DNA from: Pseudovirgaria hyperparasitica
Taxonomy: Eukaryota
Length of the DNA: 63,891 nt
Direction: 5' to 3' (one strand)
Assembly (NCBI GenBank): GCA_010093815.1
Contig: ML996568.1
Below are positions 40,401 to 53,850 of this stretch, in pieces (positions within the stretch are counted from its first letter, which is position 1; each line of letters opens with the position of its first letter). Position numbers and translations under genes: made by a program. The notes under the pieces were generated by a model. That model ran no database searches and was not told the DNA's origin. It saw only the letters and a program-made list of their open reading frames with translations.

Positions 40401-42731
40401 TAGATATTAATAATACTAAATACCTAGATATAATTAATATCCCCTAAGAGGTTACTAAGGAGGATATACTCGACGCTATTAAAGTACTCCCGAATAATAA
40501 GGCACCTAGACCGGATAGAATACCGAATAGATACCTTAAATATACTATACTAGCTACCCTACCGCTTATTAGTTATATATTTTAAGTATATATTAAGAAC
40601 GGATACTACCCCTAAAGCTTCCGGGCCGTCTATACTATTATACTCCCGAAACTAGAGAAGAACTCTAACTCCCCGAAAGGATAGAGGCTAATTACCCTCC
40701 TCTTCTATCTTAGAAAGATACTAGAGGCTATAATCGCGAAGAAGATAAGCGCCATAGTATAGAAATATAACCTCCTTCTAGTAAACTAGAAGGCGAAGGC
40801 TAGAAGCTCCCTAATTACCGCTATCTAATATATTCTCGAAGTTATCTAGACCGTATAGAAGTAGAGACGTATAGTAACGCTACTCTCCCTTAATATGGCC
40901 GGCGCATTTAATAAAGTAAACTATATAAGACTTATCTATAACTTACAGAAGAGGCGTATACCCGTATAGATTACGCGGTTTATATAGTTCTTTCTTACTA
41001 AAAGAGTTACCTAGATATATATTCCTAGATATCGAAGTAAGTATAAGAAGACGGCTTACGGCATCCTATAAGAAAGTACTATCTCCCTAATTCTATTTCT
41101 CTTCTTTACTATAGACCTTCTCTAGAGAATATAACGTATAGAGGTAGTAGGGTACGTAGATAATATATACCTTCTAGCTATCGATAATAATACTAGCTAA
41201 ACATATAGACGACTCGAATAAGACTATAGAAGATACATCTAATAGATAAAGCGCTATAGAGTAAAGTTCGCCCCCGAAAAGTACTAACTTATATACTTTA
41301 TTAACCGCTATAGGAAATGGGCTACTAGGGAAGGCGAGCGACGCTCTAGAATAGACGCCTTTAACGAACTACCGATATAAAGTATACGCGTACTTAGTAT
41401 TATAATCGATAATAAGCTTAAATAGAGACCATAGGTAGCATACGCCGTTTCTAGGGCCCTCTAGATAGAAGCCGCTATATAATAGATTATAGCCTCTACG
41501 TAGGGAACCGCCCGGGATAAGATATACTAGCTATATATATCTATAGTACGACCCGCCTTTACGTACGGATACGAGTACTAGTACACGGCCCTTATATAGA
41601 CTAGGCGAATAAAGCTCGAATCTATATAGAACCGTATACTCCGTCTTATATTAGGCGTATATAAAGCTACTAACACGGTACTACTATAACGCGAGATAGA
41701 CGTTATAAGTATATATAACTTCTACTAGATATAGAGGGTAGTATACTTTACTAAATAATAAGCATAGAAATATATAGAAAATATAGAATATACCTTTACC
41801 GCGCTACGCGCGCGAGTTAGTATATACTACTAAGTACTCTTATATATAGACCGGACTCGACTATAGTATAAGTACCCGATAGAAATAGACTCGAACTAAG
41901 TAGTATAAGAGATTAAGGATAACCTAGATACCCTTCTAGACTAATAGAGCCTTTAAGAGCTCGGACGAAGTATATAGTCGTGGATCTAAGATAAGTAGAA
42001 AGAGATACTCTAGGCCTAGTAGGCCTTCTAGTAGAATAGATATCTAGAGTAGATCTAAGAACTATAGAAGGAGCCGAGTAAATAGATATATAAAGGGCTT
42101 ATAAAGGCCTAGGTATCTATACTCCTCTAAGCCCGAACGGGCGCTATAGAACTTCTATACTATCTCTATAAGAGAGGCGTCCCTAATGTATCTCTATAGT
42201 ATAAGGCGTGTAGCTAGAGAGATATAATACGCTACTATCTTATAATATACCCTAATCTTTATACGTAAAGATAGAAGCTTATCTATATAATAAGAACCTC
42301 TAATATTATACGATAGCTTAATAAGTACCCTAAGGACGTTACCTAGTAGATAATTATATATCTACTACTCCTCTAATTCTAGTAGACCTAGAAATATATA
42401 CTAGAAGAGACCCGGCACACGCTAGTAGTAACCCGATATATACTAGAAGAACTCCGGGAGAACCCTAATTATTAGTTAAGGGTAGCCCTTAACTAATAAC
42501 CTCCGTATCTATACGTGCTACCTAAGGGTAAAATAATAGTAATATAGGCTATAGGCTAATAGGCGTACTCTATAGCTATATACTTAAGACGAAATAGAGG
42601 TTTAACGAGATATAGTTATAGATATAAGGAAGTTTTTCTCTATAGGGTTTCTTCTTATATAATAGCTTAGACTAGAGGAGACATAGGCCTATAGAGTACT
42701 ACTCTACCTAGTTATATAATATTATTATTAT
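37420..42731 (+). mobile_element. Full-length Tad1-like LINE L2 (subfamily 2), RIP-inactivated
   Basis: ~18-bp TSD TATTATATATCTTTAATA (37402-37419 / 42732-42749). Endonuclease motifs LLGDFN ~39553, STLDL and DSDH; RT motifs KAP.PD.IPN ~40499, MAGAFN.V, G.(PQG)ST.S.ILF ~41060, GYVD(D) ~41150 and KFAPEK. (TTA)n tail. Confidence 0.92.
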
Positions 42732-43113
42732 TATTATATATCTTTAATATAGAAGGGAGTTATAACTTATACGCCTAGTTATTAGTTACATAAGTAATCT
42801 TATATAGATCTATTATTATATAGTTAAGCTTCTTCTTTAGTCTAATACTATAAATATTCTTATTATTTAGTAAAACTTTATCCCTAATATTAAAGATTAT
42901 AGGTTTTCTACCCTTATTATAGTATGATTTACTATAATCCATAGTATCTTATAGTAACTTTATAATACTTCTTTATATTTAGAATAGTTCTATAGTAATT
43001 TCTATTACTTTAACATTAGGTTATTCTACTTTAAACTAAGTCTCTAAGAACTATATATTATAGTTTTAACTAAAGTTTACTTTAAATGGACTTATGTAGG
43101 TTAACGTATATTA

Positions 43114-46100
43114 TATAAGAATAGGGTTATTGGATAGTAGTATAGTTAGATAGAATAATAGGGTGTATTCTATTATAGAACGAATTACTACTAAACCCTT
43201 TTAGTAGGAATCTAAGAGTATATATATAAAGAGACGCCGATCTATCTAGTATATAACTATTTACTACCCTTCACGTTACCTTCTAACCCTATTAGCTAAG
43301 GTATATATAGGTCGGGTCCTACCTAAGGCTAAGTCCTAATAATTATCCCTTCCCTCTAGGAAGCTACCCTTAGTAACCTAGATTATTACCTATCTCTATA
43401 TCTCTATCCTAAGTCTTATAAGACCTTAGTTATTCTCTACGCTTCGTCTTAGATACTTACCGATATTTACTAATCTAAGATTTATATAAGCGTTTTCCTA
43501 ATAAACTAGATTTTATCTATCTTAACTTCTTATATAGGTAAGATTATCTAATTAGGCCTAGCGTATCACGTAATATAATTAGGTAAGCCTAGGTACTACC
43601 TATATTAAAATCTTTTCTTAGAAATATTCCTTTCTTTAAAAAACTTCTTAACTCTTTATAGAGTTTTTTAGATTATTAGATATATTACCCGATCCTTATA
43701 GACATAGATTTATATAGATTTACTATAATTTAGTACGATTTACGCAATTTACTAATTTTCGTACTATCCTTAGCTAGTAATAATATAATTCGTAATAATC
43801 CGTATAAATTAATAATAATCTTAATATAGTTTTCTAAAATCTTAATACTCTAAAGTAATTAGTACGGAAATAGACGTCTTCGAATAATCTCTATCTCGTA
43901 TATATTACCGATATATCGAAAGCTATTAATCTACCCCGACCTAGGCCGGGCTCTAATAATCTAGCTATATATTATTATAGTTATCGCTTTCCGTCGTATA
44001 TTACTTACGGTAGTACTAAATCTATAATATACGGTACTTATATAACTAAGAAGCGTTATTACTTATAGGTATTTAAGTAAGTTCGAAGAACTTTACGTAG
44101 ATTTACTTATATCAGTATAGATTACTACTAGGCCTCTAGTAACCCCTACTAATAAGAAGCGTGGTACTACCGATCGTAACGCCTTAGAGAAGGCTTTCTA
44201 TATACTATATATCTAAGGTAAGGGTTACGCCTAGGAGTACGATTCTAATAAGATCTGTAAGGATTTATTAGAATCTACTATAGCTATTATTACCGCGATT
44301 ACTAGGTAATATCGTTTTTCTTAAATTATTATAGATTCTTACTAATATATATTAATCTCTATAATAGTACTAAAATCTCTACTACTTCGGATTTCTTTCT
44401 ATATACCGGCGATATTAGAATTCCTAGAAAAGGTTCTAGTAAAAAGGCTAAGGTTCCTTCCTCACGCGTGCTAAAGAGCTATAAATTTAGGGAAGATAGC
44501 TCTAATCTAGAAGTTTCTATACTAAAGGTATATGGTTCTATACTAATCGTTAAATCTTTTCGCTAATTTATATAATTCTTAGCGTGCCCGCGCCGGTCCG
44601 TCTCTCTCTATCCCGGGTCCCGCCGCTCCATAGATTTCTATAGAGAAGTTTATAGCTATAAGGCGTGCTATATAGAATTTATAGCGTCGGAATAAAAGGC
44701 TAGAGACTTATATTATAAAGCTCTATACTATGCTAAATAAGAACTAGCGGAAGGAATTAGATATAACTATCGCGGTAATTAGTACTTCTACTCCTACTCC
44801 AACTTAATCGGTTTAGATCTATACTAATTAGTACTAATATATCTCTTTTATCTAGTGTTTTTAGTTTTTTAGTTTTAATTTTAAAGCGATCTTACTTCTT
44901 CTAGATAGATTAGTACGAGTTTATATAGATCTATATAGATCTTTATATTTTCTTTTAGCTTTCTTAATTTTATCTTTCTTTAATAATAACTTCTTTAATC
45001 TCTTTAGTAATCTATACCGATCTATACCGATCGGCACCGATTTTTAATGTCCATTTCTCTTAGTAAATTATTTTTCTAAGTCTCTTTTTTAGTTAAATTT
45101 TTTTAAAGTTCTAAGTTCGAACTTTCTAAGGAAGTTCCTTAATTCCTTAGAATGTTTTAAAGATCTATATCTCTTTTACCTTCTTTCTTTTAGGCGGCCG
45201 TTCTTAGTACCGAACTATACTAAAAAACGTTAAATCGCTATACTTTAGTATAATTCTCTACGATTCCGCGGCTTCCTTTACTAATTACTACTTATATACT
45301 AATATCGCTACTTTACTAATATTTATTATAGGTTTCTAAGTATCTTCGTTAGAATTATATCCTTTCTAACGAATTTTATATAGCCACGTACTATCTTCGG
45401 CGTGTTACTAGCTAAGTATCTACTTAACTTCGTAGATATTTATACCTTCTTACGTAACTACTTTATATAGTATCTATTCGGAATGATCCGGTAATAATAA
45501 GGCATGAAATAGCTCAAGAAGTATAATATAGAATATATTATATATCTTTAACGTGGGAGGGAGTTTTAACTTATACGCCTAGTTATTAATTACACGAGTA
45601 ATCTTAAATAGATCTATCATCGTATAGTTAAGCTTCTTCTTCGGCCTAATACTACGAATATTCTTACTATTTAGTAAAACTTTATCCCTAACATTAAAGA
45701 TTATAGGTTTTCTACCCTTATTATAGTATGATTTACTATAATTCGTAGTATCTTATAGTAACTTTATAATACTTCTTTACGTTTAGAATAGTTCTATAGT
45801 AATTTCTATTACTTTGATATTAGGTCGTTCTACTTTAAACTAAGTCCCTAAGAACTACGTATTATAGTTCCGACCGAAGTTTACTTCGAACGGACTTACG
45901 TAGGTTAACGTATATCGGCTATTATTATATGCGAATTCCGCGATATAGACTAACCTTACCTAGTTATTCTACTTATAGTTATAATATACGCGTAAATACG
46001 CCTCGACTATCTAATTCTACCGCTCCGTCTATCTATCTATTTATAGATAGAACGTAGTACTAAGTTTCTACTTAATTCCTAGTATATAGTAGAAATCCTT

Positions 46101-49100
46101 CTAAAATTTAGACGTTATCTACGGACCTCTATCCGAAACTATACCATTCAGTATACTATAGAGCCAGACTACGTTACGGAGTAGTATATCTATAAGATCC
46201 AGTACTTAGATCGTCTTCCTTATAGGGATATAGTATAATATCTTTATAAATCTATCTAGAACTACGAGTAAACTATTATAAATATACCTAGAATACTTAC
46301 TTAGGGGTAGATCTATAATGAAATCCATCGATAATTCCTTCCATGCCTTCTTTAGCATAGGTAATAGCCTTAATTTACTATATGGTAAGTATCTATATAC
46401 TTTCGTATGCTGGTAAACGTTACACATTTTTACGTAGTCTTTTATATATTTATAAAGACCCGGCCAGTCGTACGTCCTTCGGATTAAATCGACCGTCCTT
46501 ATAACGCCGAAGTGCCCTACTAACGCGTAATTATACTATTCCCTTAAAATATCGATTTATAAGCCGCCTTCCGGCACGTAGAGTCGGCCTTAGAAGTAGA
46601 TTATATCTAATTATCGTTCCTACCTTAATAACTACGGCGGATCTATAGCGCTTCCTTTTATACTTATAACTTTCTTTACTAATATATCGGAATTCTAGGT
46701 AGATTTAATTAAGTCTTTAAGGGTTTTCTTAGTTTCTTAGACGTTTATTTAGATTACTTAATACCTACTCTAATTCCCGCGGAGAATCGCCGAAAGTATC
46801 CTAGCTTCTAGTATTCTATTAGATAACTAGTCTTATAGTATCTAAAGTATAGTATAGTCTAACTTANNNNNNNNNNATAACGATTTCTTATAATCTTTAC
46901 GCCGCGATAGAGGATTAGCTTTATTCTCTCTTCTAGCTTTATATAAGATTTTAAAGTTAAATATTAATATCCACTTAGCCTAACGTACTTATCGACGGTT
47001 AAGGACCTTAGTTAATATAAAGTAACGTAGATTTACGTAATCCGATAATAATTCGATCTAATATACGGAGCCTTCTAAATAATATTACTATTACTTAAAA
47101 CTCTTAACGATTACGAGTAGTTCCTAGTCGTGTATATTATAACGCGTCTCTATATCCGCCATTTTATAGGAAAAGAAAGCGACCGGGTACTATTATACCT
47201 TATCTTTCGTATCTTTATACGGTTAACTAATAATTCTAGTAATTATAAATCCTAACGCGTTAGTTTCGACCCGAATATACTTCTTAGAATTAAAATGCCT
47301 AAGAATTAGCGTAGTTATAAAGTAATTCTTTAACGATCGGAATATATCTCGCGCTTCCGGCGTTAACTATATCTCGACCGACTTAGCTTTACGCTATACT
47401 CGCCTACCTATAGAGATTTTACCGCTATTCTCTATAAGTTTATTAAGCGGCGCCGTAATTCGTAAGAAGTCTATAATAAATTTACGATAATAGTTCACGA
47501 AACCTATAAATATTCTAATTTAACGTATAGTAGTAGGTTCTAGCTATTCTATGATGGTCTTTACACGCTCTAGCTCTATTTTTAGGCCGCTATATATTAT
47601 AATAAAGCCGAGAAACCTAACTTCTTATTAGTGAAACTTGCATTTAGATAATTTTACGTAGAGTTTATACTACCTTAGATGATTTAGTACCGATTTCACG
47701 TATTCTTTATGATTCTATATACTATCGGAGTAAATTAGTATATTATTAAGATAAACTATATAAATCACGTTAAGTAATCCTACGAGTATAGTATTAATAT
47801 ATTCTTAAAACGCTCCTAGTATATTTATTAGCCCGAATGGTATAATAGTATACTTAAAATAACTATATCTAGTCCGAAATGCGGTTTTCTACTTATCTCT
47901 ATAATGAATTCGAAGCTAGTAATATATATCTCGTAAATCTAGCTTCGTAAAGTACTTTACCTTTATTAATTAGTCTAAAGATTTACTAACTAGCGGTAAT
48001 AGATAACGATTCTTCTTAGTTACTATATTTAGTACCTAATAGTCGACGTATAGATATAAACTTCCGTCTTTCTTCTTTATAAAGAGAATAGATATACCGG
48101 CTAATGACGTACTATAACGTATCTAGCCTCTTTCGAGGTATTCTCTAATATATTTACGAAGAACTTTAAGTTCTAGTCTTAAAAGTAGGTAAAGTAGACT
48201 ATAAGGGACGTCTACTCCCTCTTCGAGCTTAATCTTTAGCTTATATAGCCCGTGATTAGGGAGAAGTAACGTATCTCCTACTGAAAATACATCTATATAC
48301 TATGAATATACGTTAGGTAGCGTGTCTTCGCCCTAATTATTACTATTATCCTTATCTTTATTAATGATTAATAAGGACGTAAGATAGATTAACGATAATT
48401 AGGTCCGTATAGCGAGGTTCTATATCTCCTTACTAATAGTTATAACTTACTAGTATAATTTACTACGGTGTCGTTAGAATATTAATATCTTCTTCTAAAA
48501 ATCAAGGATAGGGTTTAGGCGTCTAAGCTAAGGCATCCCTAGAATTATATTCTATTAGCTAATATTAGCCACGATAAATTTATTAGATATCTACTATTTT
48601 ATTATCTTCAAGTTATGAACTTTATAATTCGTTATAGCTTTATCTAAAGTTCTAACTTTATATCTATTAACTACGATAGTTCGGCTAACTTTACCGAGAT
48701 TATACGATAATCTATACTCCTTTACGAGAATCGATAAAATATAGTTATCTTCTATACTAGTATCCACGAGGGCCTATATAGTTTTATTACTATTTACTAT
48801 AGGTAACGATACTTTTAGTAATATTAGATCTTTACTTACTAGAAGGCGCTATAGCTTCTTCTAAGTATATATAATTTAGCTAAGAACGCGGTTAGGTCTC
48901 GTGTACTAGCCTATTCTTTTTTTAGATTCTTATAGTTAGGCGAAATATATTCTATTTCTCTATACTTATAGTAACGAAGTATACTATAATCCTACTATTT
49001 TATAATAGGCGTTATATTTAAGCCTATACCTTATCCTTTTCCGCGTTAAGAAGTACCGCCTTAATTATTTTAGTATCCTCTTAACGCGTTTCTACCCCGA

Positions 49101-50486
49101 TTTACGCTCTTCTAGCGCTAATTATAGTAAGGTTACTCTTAATCGAACGTATTTAATCGACCTCGTTTCTAACCCGTGTAGAGTTCGTCGGTTTTATCTA
49201 GAGAGCCGCGTTCCTTAAGAATGCGGTAGTATTTATTAGCTTTCTCCTCTAATTTATATAGATAGTTAAAACTTAATAATACTATTTCTAGTCTTTCGCG
49301 GATTAACGGAAGTAGTACTTTACGAAACTAGAATATATGAATATTTTTCTATAGCGTAGGGATATTATTCTATAGGTTTTAGAGGTATTATAGTAGTTAA
49401 GTAGATGTCTAGTTTAGTCGTTATACTACGCTTCTTAACTTAGATAGTGCCTTTCTTTTACGTTCTCTATCTGTTCTAAGGGTATTTAGTATAAATATAG
49501 CTAAATATTCCTAGGTTATCGTAGATAGTGGCTGTACTTCCTTCTATCTATCCTATTAATCGCGGGATTATAAGTCTAGGTATCGTTCTCTAAATAAAAT
49601 ACGTTATACTTTAGTAGAAAAGAGTAGAGGGTTATTAAGGAAGTACTTTTCGTAGTCTCTCTTCTAGTCTTTCTACTTCTTTTAGTTCTTCCCTATAAAT
49701 ATAGTCGGGTCTTTAGATTTTAGTATACCTAGGGAAGGAGTAGAGTAAATCGGTAACGAAGCGGCTGGGTATATAGTAGATTATCGCAACTCTAATGGTA
49801 GGTAAACTAATTCCGCCTAAATTAGTATAGGAAGTCGTCCATCTACTATCGTTCGGCGTAGTTCTTTAAGAGACTCCTTAAGTTCTTATCTCTTTATGAG
49901 GAGTTTCGCGCGTTCTACCTATTCTTTAAGGGTTTAAATCTCTCGAGCCTAATTCGCGACGTATTTCTAAAGTTCGGCGATGGTTTATTATAATACCTTA
50001 CGTGGCTCCGCCACGACTCATTATCTAGCTTTATATTATTAGAAGTTACTTCGCGTATCTACTATTTCTTCGTCTAAAAGCTCCGTAATTCGGTCTAATA
50101 TTTCTACTTCTTAGTTAGAAACGGCTAGGATTAATACTAATTATAGAGGATCCCTATTATTTAATATAGTATTACTTATCTCTATAGTAGATCGTGTCGA
50201 CCTTCTCGGTTCTAGTTAGACTATCTTAACTATAGTACTATATAGGGAGTAATTCGAATATAAGAATAGGGTTATTAGATAGTAGTATAGTTAGATAGAA
50301 TAATAGGGTGTATTCTATTATAGAACGAATTACTACCGAACCCTTTCGGTAGAAATCTAAGAGTATATATATAAAGGGACGCCGATCTATCTAGCACGTG
50401 ACTATTTACCGCCCTTCACGTCACCTTCTAACCCTATTAGCTAAGGTACGTATAGGTCGGGTCCTACCTAAGGCTAAGTTCTAACA
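43114..50486 (-). mobile_element. Ty3/Gypsy chromovirus copy B, full length (~7.37 kb), RIP-inactivated
   Basis: 228-bp LTRs at 43114-43341 and 50259-50486, TSD TATTA. The internal region is the reverse complement of copy A. Confidence 0.95.
43398..44850 (+). pseudogene. Putative spliced antisense accessory gene inside the Gypsy 3' region (RIP-mutated; homologous to ~29190-30644 minus in copy A)
   Basis: The frames contain only RIP-type stops. A phase-preserving intron lies at 44306-44367, with further candidate introns at 44010-44068 and from the donor at 43538. Boundaries are approximate. Confidence 0.5.
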
Positions 50487-50992
50487 TATTAGCTATTATT
50501 ATATATAAATTCCGCGATATAGACTAACCTTACCTAGTTATTCTACTTATAGTTATAATATACGCGTAAATATACCTCGACTATCTAATTCTACTACTCC
50601 GTCTATCTATCTATTTATAGATAGAATATAGTACTAAGTTTCCGCTTAATTCCTAGTGTATAGTAGAAATCCTTCTAAAATTTAGACGTTATCTACGGAC
50701 CTCTATCTAAAACTATACTATTTAGTATACTATAGAGCCGAACTACGTTACGGAGTAGTATATCTATAAGATCTAGTACTTAGATTATCTTTCTTATAGA
50801 AATATAGTATAATATCTTTATAAATCTATCTAGAACTATAAGTAAACTATTATAAATATACCTAGAATATTTACTTAGGGGTAGATCTATAATAAAATCT
50901 ATTAATAATTCCTTCTATACCTCCTTTAGTATAGATAATAGCCTTAATTTACTATATAGTAAGTGTCTATATACTTTCGTATACTAGTAAAC

Positions 50993-51573
50993 TATTAGGC
51001 ACGTGCCTACTAGTTAATTATATATGTATATAGTAGTCGTATATAAGTAGTATACTCCACCCTTAAAGTAGTAGCTTTAAGATTCGGTCCTTTTAGTATA
51101 GTTAGTTAGTACGTGGAGCCCGCCTCCTTATATAATCTTAAAGCTACTACGGGGTTACGGGTTCAACTCTCGGTCTAGTTAACCGTTATTGAATTTCGCA
51201 CGATTCCGTTTAGCTTACTACGTTACGTATACTTTGTACACGTAACGGATAACATGGTGGTAACGTTACTACGGTAAGTTAGCGTGTCTAGTGCTAGAGG
51301 CGGCATTGCGAGTATTAATTAGGTGTACACATGATTCGTTTATACTAGGCCTATTATAGCTAGTTTAGTTTATCTTTCGTAAGGTAGATACCTACAACGC
51401 GTAAGGGCACGCGCCTTTAAAAAAGGGAGATATTATTAGGTACGTGCCTGCCAGTTAATTATACATGTATGTAGTAGTCGTATATAAGTAGTGTGCTCTA
51501 CCCTTGAAGTAGTAGCTTCAAGATTCGGTCCTTTTAGTATAGTTGGTTGGTACGTAGAGCCCGCCTCCTTATA
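50993..51573 (+). mobile_element. TRIM (terminal-repeat retrotransposon in miniature), 581 bp, non-coding
   Basis: 140-bp direct LTRs at 50993-51132 and 51434-51573, 5-bp TSD TAAAC, PPT AAAAAAGGGAGA before the 3' LTR, 301-bp non-coding interior. Confidence 0.9.
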
Positions 51574-53850
51574 TAAACGTTATATATTTTTATATAGTTC
51601 TTTATATATTTATAAAGACCTAGCTAGTTATATATCCTTCGGATTAAATTAACTATTCTTATAATGCTAAAGTACTCTACTAACGCGTAATTATACTATT
51701 CCCTTAAAATATTAATTTATAAGCCGTCTTCTAGTATATAGAGTCAGTCTTAGAAGTAGATTGTATCTAATCGTCGTTTCTACCTTAATAACTATAGTAG
51801 ATCTATAGCGCTTCCTTTTATACTTATAACTTTCTTTACTAATATATTAGAATTCTAGGTAGATTTAATTAAGTCTTTAAGGGTTTTCTTAGTTTCTTAG
51901 ATATTTATTTAGATTACTTAATACCCGCTCTAATTCCCGCGGAGAATCGCTAAAAGTATCCTAGCTTCTAGTATTCTATTAGATAACTAGTCTTATAGTA
52001 TCTAAAGTATAGTATAGTCTAAATTATACTAACTATCTATATTATTCTATAACGATTTCTTATAATCTTTATACCGCGATAGAGGATTAGCTTTATTCTC
52101 TCTTCTAGCTTTATATAAGATTCTAAAGTTCAATATTAATATCTACTTAGCCTAATATACTTATTAGCGATTAAGGACCTTAGTTAATATAAAGTAATAT
52201 AGATTTACGTAATCCGATAATAATTCAATCTAATATATAGAGCCTTCTAAATAATATCGCTATTACTTAAAACTCTTAATAATTATAAGTAGTTTCTAGT
52301 TATACGTGTTATAACACGTCTCTATATCTACTATTTTATAGAAAAAGAAGGTAACTAGGTACTATTATACCTTATCTTTCGTATCTTTATACGGTTAACT
52401 AATAATTCTAGTAATTATAAATTCTAACGTGTTAGTTTCGACCTAAATATACTTCTTAGAATTAAAATACCTAAGAATCGGCGTAGTTATAAAGTAATTC
52501 TTTAACGATCGAAACGTATCTTATACTTCCGGTATTAACTATATCTCGACTAACTTAGCTTTACGCTATACTTATCTATCTATAAGGATTTTACCGCTAT
52601 TCTCTATAAGTTTATTAAGTAATACCGTAATTTATAAGAAGTCTATAATAAATTTATAATAATAGTTTATAAAATCTATAAACGTTCTAATTTAACGTAT
52701 AGTAGTAGGTTCTAGCTATTCTATAATAGTCTTTACACGCTCTAGCTTCATTTTTAGGCCGCTATATATTATAATAAAGCCGAGAAACCTAACTTCTTAT
52801 TAGTAAAACTCGTATTTAGATAATTTTATATAGAGTTTATACTACCTTAGATAATTTAGTACTAATTTCACGTATTCCTTATAATTCTATATACTATTAG
52901 AGTAAATTAGTATATTATTAAGATAAACTATATAAATCACGTTAAGTAATTCTATAAGTATAGTATTAATATATCCTTAAAACGCTTCTAGTGTATTTAT
53001 TAGCCTAAATAGCATAATAGTATACTTAAAATAACTATATCTAGTCCAAAATACAGTTTTCTACTTATCTCCATAACAAATTTAAAGCCAGTAATATATA
53101 TCTTATAAATCTAGCTTTATAAAGTACTTTACCTTTATTAATTAGTCTAAAGATTTACTAACTAGCGGTAATAGATAATAATTCTTCTTAGTTACTATAT
53201 TTAGTATCTAATAGTTAATATATAGATATAAACTTCTATCTTTCTTCTTTATAAAGAGAATAGGTATACTAGCTAATAATATACTATAACGTATCTAGTC
53301 TCTTCTAAGGTATTCTTTAATATATTTATAAAGAACTTAGAGTTCTAGTCTTAAAAGTAGATAAAGTAGGCTATAAGGGACGTCTACTCCCTCTTTAAGC
53401 TTAATCTTTAGCTTATATAGTCTATAATTAGGGAGAAGTAACGTATCTCCTACTAAAAACATATCTATATACTATAAATATACGTTAGATAGCGTGTCTT
53501 TACCCTAATTATTACTATTATTCTTATCTTTATTAATAATTAATAAGGACGTAAGATAGATTAGCGATAATTAGGTCTATACGGTAAGGTTCTATACCTT
53601 CTTACTAATAGTTATAACTTACTAGTATAATTTACTATAGTATTATTAAAATATTAATATCTCCTTCTAAAAATTAAGGATAGGGTTTAGGCGTCTAAGC
53701 TAAGGTATCCCTAGAATTATATTCTATTAGCTAATATTAGCTACGATAAATTTATTAGATATCTACTATTTTATTATCTTTAAGTTATGAACTTTATAAT
53801 TCGTTATAGCTTTACCTAAAGTTCTAACTTTATATCTATTAACTATAATA

